Below, piece after piece: positions 1 through 8,308 of a stretch of DNA of 64,000 bases (positions are counted from its first letter, which is position 1; each line of letters opens with the position of its first letter). The notes beneath the pieces were generated by a model, which saw only the letters and a list, made by a program, of their open reading frames with translations, had not been told where the DNA came from and searched no databases. The position numbers and the translations under genes are program-made. Source of the stretch: an uncultured Bacteroidales bacterium (GTDB taxonomy: Bacteria > Bacteroidota > Bacteroidia > Bacteroidales > VadinHA17); the NCBI GenBank assembly GCA_963733455.1, contig CAVTDE010000003.1, positions 449,154 through 513,153 of the forward strand, written 5' to 3'.

Positions 1-1
1 A

Positions 2-94
2 AAGGGGAAGATCATTGAGTTCTATCAGATGTTGCGCGAAATGGAAGATCCTAGAACCACTGCGGGAAAAATTAAAGTTGGATGTTGTGGGTAA
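2..94 (+). CDS. 3' end of an unidentified CDS (partial, runs off the window start)
   Basis: Open frame from the window edge to TAA at 92-94 (...EFYQMLREMEDPRTTAGKIKVGCCG*). It is too short to assign a family. Confidence 0.2.
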   Translation, partial: KGKIIEFYQMLREMEDPRTTAGKIKVGCCG

Positions 95-235
95 TTTTCG
101 CAATAGTAATCTCAGTTTCTTAATCTATCATATTACGAAGGGGCTATTTTACTGTAATTAAGTCGGACATAACAATGAAGAACAAATCCCCCTGTTTTAT
201 TAATAATTCATGTTAAAAATATCTTTTAAGTTTCA

Positions 236-2239
236 TCAATCATTTTTTTCAATTCTGATATTGTCAAAATAAACTACATTCCATCCTGTTCCGATTGCTG
301 GAATGCCTTCTGAATTTGTACTATCAATGATTGATATCAGCTGACTGTTGTTTAATGTTACTCCTATTTGATTACCTTTAGTTTCCATTAAAATATGATT
401 CCATGCATTCTTTCGGACGTTTTTAACAGTTCCAGTTGCAAGGACTTTCTTTATGGTTTGGGTTTTTGGTACCTGAACTATTTCTTGTACTGTCAGGAAC
501 CATTTTCCGTCGTGATAAATTTTATATTCGTAACCCGGGTAATCGGTTGACCAGGTATTTAATTGGTTTGTTCTGATACTAAATGCAGCAAATCCGGTAT
601 CGGGGATCATATAATCACAGGCAAAACGATAGTCTTTCCATTTTATATCACCCAGAATACTCATAGGGTAACTAAATCCCATCCAATTAATACCGGGTCT
701 CGTGATACATTGTTTCAGGCAGTTGTTTTTCCCTCCGGTGATGTTTACTATTTCAAAGCATCCATGCAAATCCGACAGGTATTTTGGCTGGTTGCCTAAC
801 TGATATGAATTGAAATCGTCCTGATAGGGTATGGGGAAAGACTTATTGGAGGGGACTGGGGTATTAGCTAAACCCTTTATCTGACCCTTTGTAGTAGTGA
901 TGGAGTACACAGATCCTGGTTGAACTTTAAATGTAAACTGATCATTAACAGGCGCAATAATTTTCTCATTGACAAATAGAGCATCTTTGTTGGATCTCCA
1001 TACATTTAATACATTTGTGCGGAAAGAACCTGTCAAAAAAAATGTAAATTCAATCTCTTCCCGGGAGTCTACGGTTTCTAAAATTATAGAATAATCATCT
1101 GTAACGGAATCTTGAATAGTATTAATCGACCAGTGGTTAACTGAATCCTGATCACATCCGCTTTCAATAAAATGCCATCCCGGCTTTGTAAACTGGTTGG
1201 TATGAGCAATAATCCATAAAGGAGGTTGTACTTCGTAATAACCCGTCCATGGACAGTTGGCTTTCATCATACCCATTCCCGGGCACAGCAGGAAATCGAA
1301 ACAGGAAGTAATAAGACTCCAGGAAATGATCTTGGTAATTTTCCCGGCAGGATAAGCTCTCATATTGATTTTTGCATGTAATGTTGCAGCCGGCCAATCA
1401 CCTCCATAAGCATGAGCTTCACCGTTCCATATTGGTTTATTCAATAGACGAGCGTTAGCGGGAGTAATATTTTTTTCCGCTTCGGGGGTATGGACATTGA
1501 TTACTGCTATTGCATTACGTAATTCAGGATCAGATATCATATCATCAGCTATAGCCCATTTTTCTTTCGGTATCCATAGATCGGCTGCGTCAATTTTCAC
1601 AGCTTGTAATCCATTTTGGTCAAGTGTTTTTCTCAAAACCTTTATATATTCTTTCTCATACATTCTTTCATTAGCTATTCCTACGTAATCAATAGTAAGG
1701 TTCTGATAAGTCTTTGCCCCTTTCACAAATGCTGCAACATAATCAGCATTATCCTGCGAAAATATTTGTCCATTTCCGATCCAGCCGGGTGCACCCCATT
1801 CCAATGCTTCTAATATAATATCAGGATTCCTTTTTTTTGCTTCTTCCATCAGCCACCACTCATATCCCCGTTTATAATATTCCGGTTTGGGATTCAACAT
1901 CTCTTCACGGATACGGGCATGCGAAGGCTCTGATCCATCGGTGGACATTACATCGCCTCCTATCTCCACTTTCAGGTGGTGCAAATTTGCACCAAAATTG
2001 GGTTTGAAAAGATAATCGAGGATATCACTACGATAAGGTTCCGGGTAATCGTACAACAAACGGGAGGAAGCTCCTGCACTCAACGCCCCGATGCCTTCAA
2101 ATATCCTTCCTTTTGAATTATCGGAGAGATAAAATGCATGTTTCATCTGAGAAAAGGATGTACCAGGACACAAAAGTAAAATGAGAATAATCGACATAAA
2201 ATTTATTCTTATTTTCATTTTAAAAGAAAGTTTCTTCAT
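236..2239 (-). CDS. Glycoside hydrolase family 59 (galactosylceramidase-like beta-galactosidase), secreted
   Basis: 667-aa ORF with an N-terminal signal peptide. Long colinear similarity to galactocerebrosidase, e.g. FEGIGALSAGASSRLLYDYPEPYRSDILDYLFKPNFGANLHHLKVEIGGD...TDGSEPSH and YEWWLMEEAKKRNP. Confidence 0.9.
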   Translation of the reverse strand: MKKLSFKMKIRINFMSIILILLLCPGTSFSQMKHAFYLSDNSKGRIFEGIGALSAGASSRLLYDYPEPYRSDILDYLFKPNFGANLHHLKVEIGGDVMSTDGSEPSHARIREEMLNPKPEYYKRGYEWWLMEEAKKRNPDIILEALEWGAPGWIGNGQIFSQDNADYVAAFVKGAKTYQNLTIDYVGIANERMYEKEYIKVLRKTLDQNGLQAVKIDAADLWIPKEKWAIADDMISDPELRNAIAVINVHTPEAEKNITPANARLLNKPIWNGEAHAYGGDWPAATLHAKINMRAYPAGKITKIISWSLITSCFDFLLCPGMGMMKANCPWTGYYEVQPPLWIIAHTNQFTKPGWHFIESGCDQDSVNHWSINTIQDSVTDDYSIILETVDSREEIEFTFFLTGSFRTNVLNVWRSNKDALFVNEKIIAPVNDQFTFKVQPGSVYSITTTKGQIKGLANTPVPSNKSFPIPYQDDFNSYQLGNQPKYLSDLHGCFEIVNITGGKNNCLKQCITRPGINWMGFSYPMSILGDIKWKDYRFACDYMIPDTGFAAFSIRTNQLNTWSTDYPGYEYKIYHDGKWFLTVQEIVQVPKTQTIKKVLATGTVKNVRKNAWNHILMETKGNQIGVTLNNSQLISIIDSTNSEGIPAIGTGWNVVYFDNIRIEKND

Positions 2240-2287
2240 ATAAATTTGATTTAGCGTGATTAATTCGTAGAATTAAAATTAGAATTT

Positions 2288-2334
2288 AAAATTGACTTTA
2301 ACTTATAATTAGACACAAAAATTGACTTTTACTT
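2288..2334. repeat. Two direct copies of AAAATTGACTTT(T)ACTT spaced 30 bp, upstream of the GH59 gene
   Basis: 2288-2304 aaaattgactttaactt and 2318-2334 aaaattgacttttactt. A third partial copy (caattgactttaaag) lies near 2785-2799. They sit 50-95 bp upstream of the minus-strand GH59 start. Confidence 0.6.
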
Positions 2335-3103
2335 CAATCTTTTTTCTAATGGATTTTATGATTTAGTTTTTGGATGAAATTTTTCGACGTTTGTCTGGAT
2401 TATGCCCTTATTTTTCGAGATAACTTTTATTTTTTGCTCAAAATCTTCCACTAAGGCATACATTCCCTATTCTTGTAATTTATAATCAGACTATTATCCG
2501 GATCGACCCCCAGTACTTAATAATGATAGCCAATACAGTGAAAATGTGGTGAACAGTTCAACAAACATCGAGATGGACGAGGCCTTTTCGAAGAATCCTT
2601 TTGGTGTCTCCTAAAAAATTTGGACATCTTGTTTTAAGCAAAAGTCACGAAATGCTTATTCGGCTATTTAGGAAAGGATAGATGCTTTAGTTTCTGGTTT
2701 CACCAAACCATTATTTGGGCTTTGGAAATTATATTAATATTGAATCAGCGGTGCCGGAATTGGAGCCTCCAATATCTGAAATCAATTGACTTTAAAGAAA
2801 ATACTGTCAAAATATTAAAAGACACCTTTTACATAGAGCTGTCAAATATCGATGAGTTCACAATGGAATTTGCTTTAAATATGGATTTTATAAAAGATAG
2901 CCTGTAATTGTACGGCAAAACGACCTCACAGCGTTATCGTACAAGTTATACTTAAACACGGCACAAAATCCCATTGTAATCGCCCTTGCCGGATTATATA
3001 AGAACATAATTGCTCATTTTCAGAATATTATTGATGGATAGGTGCAAGAAAGATTAAATTACCTACTCCCCTGGTTCTTAATTGTCGACAAGAAAGTACC
3101 TCA

Positions 3104-3970
3104 CTAAAATCCTTTAAACCTTTTTCTATATTCTGAAGGTGTCAAACCAGTAATTTTTTTAAATTGCTTGTTGAAATGGCTAATGTTATTAAAGCCACTA
3201 TCATAACACACCTCCAGAATAGACAAGTCATGGTCCATCAATAATTTGCAGGCAAAATCTGTTTTTATCTTATTTAAATATTCAAATACGGTAATTCCCA
3301 TATTCATCTTAAAAAACCGGCATAAAGAACCCTCCGCCATATTGACAAGCTCAGCTAATCTCTTTAAATCTACCTCATCGTGGTAATGGTTCATCAGATA
3401 TTCATGAATAGTAGCTATACGCTTATTACCAGTTGTGAATCGTTTTTTAAGGTACTCTTTGCTTGCCAATTGAATGTTAGTTTCACTTTTACCAATGATA
3501 TCCATCAACCTATAGAAATGATGCATTCTATCAAAATGTTTCAAATACGGCAACTGGAGCATAATTTCACTCACTTCATTAAGTGTATCTCCAACAATCT
3601 GGATTCCTCTTTCTGACAATTCCAAAGCCCGTTTGACATTTCTGAATTCAGGAAGGTTTAATAATTGAAAAGGTAAAACATGCAAAGTGAACTGAAGGAA
3701 AACCATCTCAAGTGTTCGCTTGGTTGGCGTTCGAGTTTCTTTATCGACTATCCATACATGAGGAAGATTAGGACCAATAAATGCCAAGTCACCTGGTTGA
3801 AATTCTTCAATAGAATCGGCAACAATTCGTTTCCCAGAGCCTTCAGTTATGAAGCTTATTTCAAAATTATTGTGGTAATGCCAGGTGCTTTTTTCCAGAT
3901 TGTCCTGGAAAATCCCAATAAAAAAAGATTCATCTTCTTTTTCAATTATTCTCTCAAACAAAGCTGCCAT
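3104..3970 (-). CDS. AraC-family transcriptional regulator (N-terminal cupin sensor + C-terminal HTH)
   Basis: The C-terminus carries the typical AraC HTH (...ISHFNKQFKKITGLTPSEYRK). The N-terminal cupin-like segment reads WHYHNNFEISFITEGSGKRIV...GDLAFIGPNLPHVW. The track ORF extends to a TTG at 4000, but the ATG at 3970 (MAALFERII) is preferred. Confidence 0.9.
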   Translation of the reverse strand: MAALFERIIEKEDESFFIGIFQDNLEKSTWHYHNNFEISFITEGSGKRIVADSIEEFQPGDLAFIGPNLPHVWIVDKETRTPTKRTLEMVFLQFTLHVLPFQLLNLPEFRNVKRALELSERGIQIVGDTLNEVSEIMLQLPYLKHFDRMHHFYRLMDIIGKSETNIQLASKEYLKKRFTTGNKRIATIHEYLMNHYHDEVDLKRLAELVNMAEGSLCRFFKMNMGITVFEYLNKIKTDFACKLLMDHDLSILEVCYDSGFNNISHFNKQFKKITGLTPSEYRKRFKGF

Positions 3971-4060
3971 TGTGGTACTAATTGTACCTAAACCAGCCAA
4001 TATGTTAATATAGCATCAAAAGTAGTAAAAATTGATGTAGTTTTAAATTAAGGGAGAAGG

Positions 4061-4068
4061 TATTTTTG
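4061..4068 (+). promoter_or_regulatory. Candidate Bacteroidota -7 box (TATTTTTG) for the corrinoid operon
   Basis: Matches the TAnnTTTG consensus of Bacteroides primary-sigma promoters, 41 bp upstream of the 4109 ATG. No clean -33 TTTG was seen. Confidence 0.3.
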
Positions 4069-4108
4069 TTACTGCTTCGAATTTGTATCAAATTAAATTA
4101 ATGAAATT

Positions 4109-4780
4109 ATGGAAGAATTGCTCCTCAAATTGCTAAACGCTGTGGAATTGGGTAAAGTGGATAAAAAATCCCCCTATCCCCCGCAGTTAAAAGATCAGGA
4201 TGGCGCCTTTGAACTCGCAGGGAAATTGCTCGAAAAAGGATGTAAACCTGAAGTTATCCTTGAAAAAGCTTTGATCCCAGCGATGGCTAATGTTGGTAAT
4301 AAATTCAGCTGCAAGGAGATATATGTCCCTCAAATGCTTATGTCTGCGAAGGCGATGAGCGGAGCAATGTTTCATCTTAAACCTTTCTTTCAGTCAGGTG
4401 AAACTAAAAGAAAAGGAACATTTATTATTGGAACCGTGTCTGGAGACCTACATGATATTGGTAAAAACCTTGTATCAATGATGATTGAAGGCGGTGGATG
4501 GGAAGTGATCGACCTCGGTGTGGATGTAGGAACAGAAAAATTTCTTAGAGCGATGGATGAACACCCTGATGCAGTTGTTGGCTTGTCAGCATTGCTTACT
4601 ACGACAATGGAAAACATGAAAAAAGCAGTTTATGTTATAAAAGAAAAGTACCCTAATTCAAAAATTCTGGTTGGAGGAGCACCTGTTACTCAGGAATATT
4701 GTGAAAAGATAGGTGCCAATTTTTATTCACCTGATCCCCAAGGAGCTGTCAATTATTTAAAGGCCCTTATAAGTGTATAA
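4109..4780 (+). CDS. Corrinoid (B12)-binding protein of a methyltransferase system (MtaC/MtvC-like)
   Basis: 223 aa with a helical cap domain plus a Rossmann B12-binding domain. It carries the DxHxxG signature (GDLHDIGKNLV) and the downstream ...GLSALLTTT... motif. Confidence 0.88.
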   Translation: MEELLLKLLNAVELGKVDKKSPYPPQLKDQDGAFELAGKLLEKGCKPEVILEKALIPAMANVGNKFSCKEIYVPQMLMSAKAMSGAMFHLKPFFQSGETKRKGTFIIGTVSGDLHDIGKNLVSMMIEGGGWEVIDLGVDVGTEKFLRAMDEHPDAVVGLSALLTTTMENMKKAVYVIKEKYPNSKILVGGAPVTQEYCEKIGANFYSPDPQGAVNYLKALISV

Positions 4781-4790
4781 TTTATTGTAA

Positions 4791-5630
4791 ATGAAAACAG
4801 TACTGTTCGGAAAGACCAAAGAGGTTATAATTGATACCAATGGGCCGGTCATAATTATTGGAGAAAGTATAAATCCTACGAGACGAAAAAAGCTAGTATC
4901 CACTTTACAGGCAGGAGATTTTGAATATGTGCTCGAGTTAGCCGGGATGCAGATCAAAGCCATGGCTGATGTTCTCGATGTCAATGTTGGATTCCCCGGC
5001 GTTGATGATGTAAAATTGTTGCCGAGAACTGTAATAGCAATTCAGAATAAATTCGATATTCCGCTCTGTCTTGATTCTCCCAATCCAAGGGCAATTGAAG
5101 CAGCGCTAAAGGTGGCAAAGGGGAAATGCCTTATAAATTCCGTGAATGGAGAAGAACGTTCTTTAAATGCTATTCTGCCTGTTGCAAAAGAATTTGGGGC
5201 TGCCATAATCGGGTTGGTTATGGATGATAATGGGATCACTCATGATCCTGAAAAAAGACTGGCAATAGCTGAAAAGATACTTGAGAGAGCAATTAAAATG
5301 GGGATCAAAGAGGATGATGTTGTCATCGACCCTCTCGCTATGGCTGTCAGTGCTGATCCAAATGCATGCTTGGTTACCATGGAAACAATTAGACTTATTC
5401 ATCAGAAACTGGGACTTAATATTACTATGGGAGCAAGCAATATATCTTTCGGATTACCAAACAGAGAAATCTTGAATGCTGCTTTTATGACATTATCAAT
5501 ACTGAATGGGCTTACCTGTCCGATTGCAAACCCTGAGAAAATTACGGCTACTGTCCTCGCAACCGATTTAATTCTGGGAAGAGATGCATATGCCATGCGG
5601 TTTGTTGAAAATTTTCAAGGGAGTATGTAA
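4791..5630 (+). CDS. Pterin-binding methyltransferase (MtrH / MeTr-AcsE-like; methylcorrinoid:tetrahydrofolate methyltransferase)
   Basis: 279 aa with a DHPS-like TIM-barrel pattern (IIIGESINPT..., VLDVNVG, LCLDSPNP, INSVNGE, VIDPLAM, GASNISFGLP). It starts 10 bp after the corrinoid protein gene. Confidence 0.8.
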   Translation: MKTVLFGKTKEVIIDTNGPVIIIGESINPTRRKKLVSTLQAGDFEYVLELAGMQIKAMADVLDVNVGFPGVDDVKLLPRTVIAIQNKFDIPLCLDSPNPRAIEAALKVAKGKCLINSVNGEERSLNAILPVAKEFGAAIIGLVMDDNGITHDPEKRLAIAEKILERAIKMGIKEDDVVIDPLAMAVSADPNACLVTMETIRLIHQKLGLNITMGASNISFGLPNREILNAAFMTLSILNGLTCPIANPEKITATVLATDLILGRDAYAMRFVENFQGSM

Positions 5631-5666
5631 TTCAATGAGTTCAACAAGTATATTAATCAGAAAATA

Positions 5667-7109
5667 ATGTCCTTTACAAAACCTTCCCGCAGATGGCAGC
5701 CTGCATTCTATCCATTTAAAAAAGAAAAATTTAGCAGACGTTTTCTCGGGAAAACTGAACTTTTAATAAAAGGCCCATTGTTTGGATGTCGGATGTGTGG
5801 TAATTGCCTGCTGCAGGAGACAGCATTCATCTGCCCTATGGAATGTCCGAAGGGGATGAGAAACGGACCCTGTGGAGGTACAACTCCATCAAAGAATTGC
5901 TATATCGACGAAACTCGAAAATGTATATGGTATTGTATTTATAAACGGGCAGAACAATTAGGTAGAGAAGAAATGCTTCTTGAAGTGCTGCCCCCTCTCG
6001 ATTGGGAAAAGGTTGGAACAGAAACATGGGGCGAAGTTGTACGTCAGATACGAAAAACCGGCACGGCAAAATTTATTAAAGATATTCTTTCAAAAGATAA
6101 AGAAAAAAAATCAGAGACATGGGATAGCGTATTCAAAACAATCCGTCAGCCCTATTGGTGGCATGGTGATTCTGATTACCATGCCCCTGGTTACCAGGAA
6201 CCCGTTTCTGAACTTGAGAGACGTTTCCGCAGCGGAGAATTTGTTGTTGCTACCGAGGTGACCCCCTCATTAAATGCAAATTCCGATAAATTATCTCAAA
6301 ATATCGAACTGGTAAAACCTTATGTTACAGCTATAAATTTTACTGATTCTTCCTCAGCCAGGCCAAGAATGTCGAGCATAGCATGTTGTAAAGTAGCTCT
6401 CGACCTTTATGTTGAACCTGTCCTGCAAATAGCAGCCCGCGACACAACAAGAACCCGGCTTCAGGCTGATATAATTGGAGTCAACGAATTGGGTATTTTC
6501 AATGTACTGTGCATCACCGGCGATAGCGCAAAAGTAGGCCCTTCACCGATGAGCAGTATGAACATTCTCGATATCGATTCGGTTCAGATGTTGTGGTTAT
6601 TGAGACGAATGCGAGATGAAGGGTTATATCTCGATGGCAGGCAGATGAAAAATCCGCCTAAAATATTCCTTGGAGCTGCAACATCCCCGTTCGCTTCGGA
6701 GCCCAGATTACAGGCTATAAAGGACCAAAAAAAAGTAAATGCCGGTGCACAGTTTTTCCAAACCAATCTTGTCTTTGATTCTGACAGGCTTGATACATGG
6801 CTGGAACAGCTCGATAAACGGAATGTACTCGACAAAGTTTACATCCTTATAGGTATAGCCCCTCTGAAAAGCTTTAAAGTGGCTCAATACCTTCACACGC
6901 AAGTTCCAGGAGTCAATCTGCCGGATGATGTATTGAGCAGAATGGAAAAAGCAGGTGAAGGTGCTCCGGAGGAAGGAACTCAGATTGCTTTGGAACTTAT
7001 TGAGTCAATCAAGAAAAAGAAAGGAGTAAATGGTATTCACATAATGTCCTTAGGATGGGAATCTGTGGTACGGAGAATTGTTACTGATTCGGGGATACCA
7101 TGTTATTGA
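5667..7109 (+). CDS. Methylenetetrahydrofolate reductase with a fused N-terminal MetV-type Cys-rich domain (MetV-MetF fusion)
   Basis: The N-terminus CRMCGNCLLQETAFICPMECPKGMRNGPCGG...C...C matches the acetogen MetV / MTHFR_C zinc-ribbon-like domain. Residues from about 185 onward match MTHFR (GEFVVATEVTPS..., INFTDSS, ITGD, QFFQTNLVFD). Confidence 0.8.
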   Translation: MSFTKPSRRWQPAFYPFKKEKFSRRFLGKTELLIKGPLFGCRMCGNCLLQETAFICPMECPKGMRNGPCGGTTPSKNCYIDETRKCIWYCIYKRAEQLGREEMLLEVLPPLDWEKVGTETWGEVVRQIRKTGTAKFIKDILSKDKEKKSETWDSVFKTIRQPYWWHGDSDYHAPGYQEPVSELERRFRSGEFVVATEVTPSLNANSDKLSQNIELVKPYVTAINFTDSSSARPRMSSIACCKVALDLYVEPVLQIAARDTTRTRLQADIIGVNELGIFNVLCITGDSAKVGPSPMSSMNILDIDSVQMLWLLRRMRDEGLYLDGRQMKNPPKIFLGAATSPFASEPRLQAIKDQKKVNAGAQFFQTNLVFDSDRLDTWLEQLDKRNVLDKVYILIGIAPLKSFKVAQYLHTQVPGVNLPDDVLSRMEKAGEGAPEEGTQIALELIESIKKKKGVNGIHIMSLGWESVVRRIVTDSGIPCY

Positions 7110-7146
7110 ATTATGTCTTTAAAATTATATATGTAATTAATATTAA

Positions 7147-8256
7147 ATGATGAAGAAAAATATGACAGAATGGATAAATTCCATTATTAGTTCAGAGGAG
7201 CGCAAGGCCATGCCGTTAATGACTTATCCCGGGTTGTATATTCTTAGGAAAACTGTGATTGAAATGGCCACTGATGGGCAAGCTCAGTACGAATGCCTTA
7301 AAGCATTGTCAGACAGGTATCCGACAGGAGCATTTGCAACATTAGCAATGGCTCTCTACGTTGAAGCAGACGCATTTGGAAGCGAGATAAAATATAGTCA
7401 AAATGAAATTCCCACTGTTTCAAATAGATTGGTAAAATCTTTAAGCTCAGTTACAAGTATGAGAATACCTGAAGTTGGCGAAGGCAAAACCTTTGAACAT
7501 CTCAAAGCTGCAAAGCTGGCTGCGGAAAATATCACAGATCGACCGGTCTTTGGTGGAATTATTGGTCCTTATTCACTTGCAGGGCGGCTATATGATATTA
7601 CCGAGCTGATGGCCGCGATTCTTAATGAACCCGAAGGATCTCACAAATTATTAAATGTCTGCACTGACTTTCTTAAGGACTATGCCATGGCCTACAAAGA
7701 TGCAGGCTGTAATGGCATTATAATAGCCGAACCTGCTGCCGGTTTATTGGCTGAGAATGAATGCAATGAATTTTCATCGATGTATATTAAACAAATTGTT
7801 GATCATGTTCAGGACAAGAATTTTATTGTTATTCTGCATAATTGCGGAGATACGGTGAAGCTGGTAAATTCAATGCTTTCGACAGGAAGTGCAGGCTTTC
7901 ACTTTGGGAATGTGGTAGATATGGTCGACATTTTACCGCAAGTCCCTTCAGACCGTTTGGTTTTTGGCAATCTCGACCCGGCAGGGGTTATAAAAGATGG
8001 TTCGCCTGATATCATCAGAGCAGAAACACTTGAATTATTAAATAAAACAGCTTCTTTCAAAAACTTCGTTTTGTCTTCAGGTTGTGATGTGCCCCCGGGT
8101 ACAAAACTCGAAAACATTGATGCCTTCTTTAAGGTATTAAATGAGTATAATGAGCGTCAATTAAAATCATTAGAAGCTAACTTTAGTAACTATTTTGAAA
8201 GTGAATTATTAGAGAGAGAAGTACTCTGTTGGGATAACAGTCTTTCCGTAGCTTAA
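7147..8256 (+). CDS. URO-D superfamily (MtaA/MtbA/MtsA-like) zinc methyltransferase, probable substrate- or acceptor-specific methyltransferase of the corrinoid system
   Basis: 369 aa with a uroporphyrinogen-decarboxylase-fold pattern. The MT2-type Zn ligand motif HxCxnC is present (ILHNCGD ... LSSGCDVPP). Confidence 0.78.
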   Translation: MMKKNMTEWINSIISSEERKAMPLMTYPGLYILRKTVIEMATDGQAQYECLKALSDRYPTGAFATLAMALYVEADAFGSEIKYSQNEIPTVSNRLVKSLSSVTSMRIPEVGEGKTFEHLKAAKLAAENITDRPVFGGIIGPYSLAGRLYDITELMAAILNEPEGSHKLLNVCTDFLKDYAMAYKDAGCNGIIIAEPAAGLLAENECNEFSSMYIKQIVDHVQDKNFIVILHNCGDTVKLVNSMLSTGSAGFHFGNVVDMVDILPQVPSDRLVFGNLDPAGVIKDGSPDIIRAETLELLNKTASFKNFVLSSGCDVPPGTKLENIDAFFKVLNEYNERQLKSLEANFSNYFESELLEREVLCWDNSLSVA

Positions 8257-8308
8257 AAAATAACTTCAAAAACTATTATAATATCAAATTGAAACCAAAA
8301 CCGTTGTA

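Noticed and set aside
2722-2907. 61-aa ORF as a real gene
   Set aside because: It depends on a non-ATG start in the track, matches no family I recognise, and sits in AT-rich DNA with neighbouring broken frames. It is kept only as a possibility inside the spacer finding.
4001-4108. Cobalamin or THF riboswitch upstream of the corrinoid operon
   Set aside because: The whole divergent intergenic region is 108-138 bp and AT-rich. It has no B12-box-like conserved core and no room for the structured aptamer plus two promoters.
5667-7109. MetV-MetF fusion as another homopolymer artefact (A8 run at 6103-6110 between the domains)
   Set aside because: Removing one A puts the upstream part into a frame that reads non-protein-like sequence to 6261. 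The MTHFR domain would then have no ATG/GTG/TTG start before its conserved N-terminus. The continuous frame is the only coherent model.
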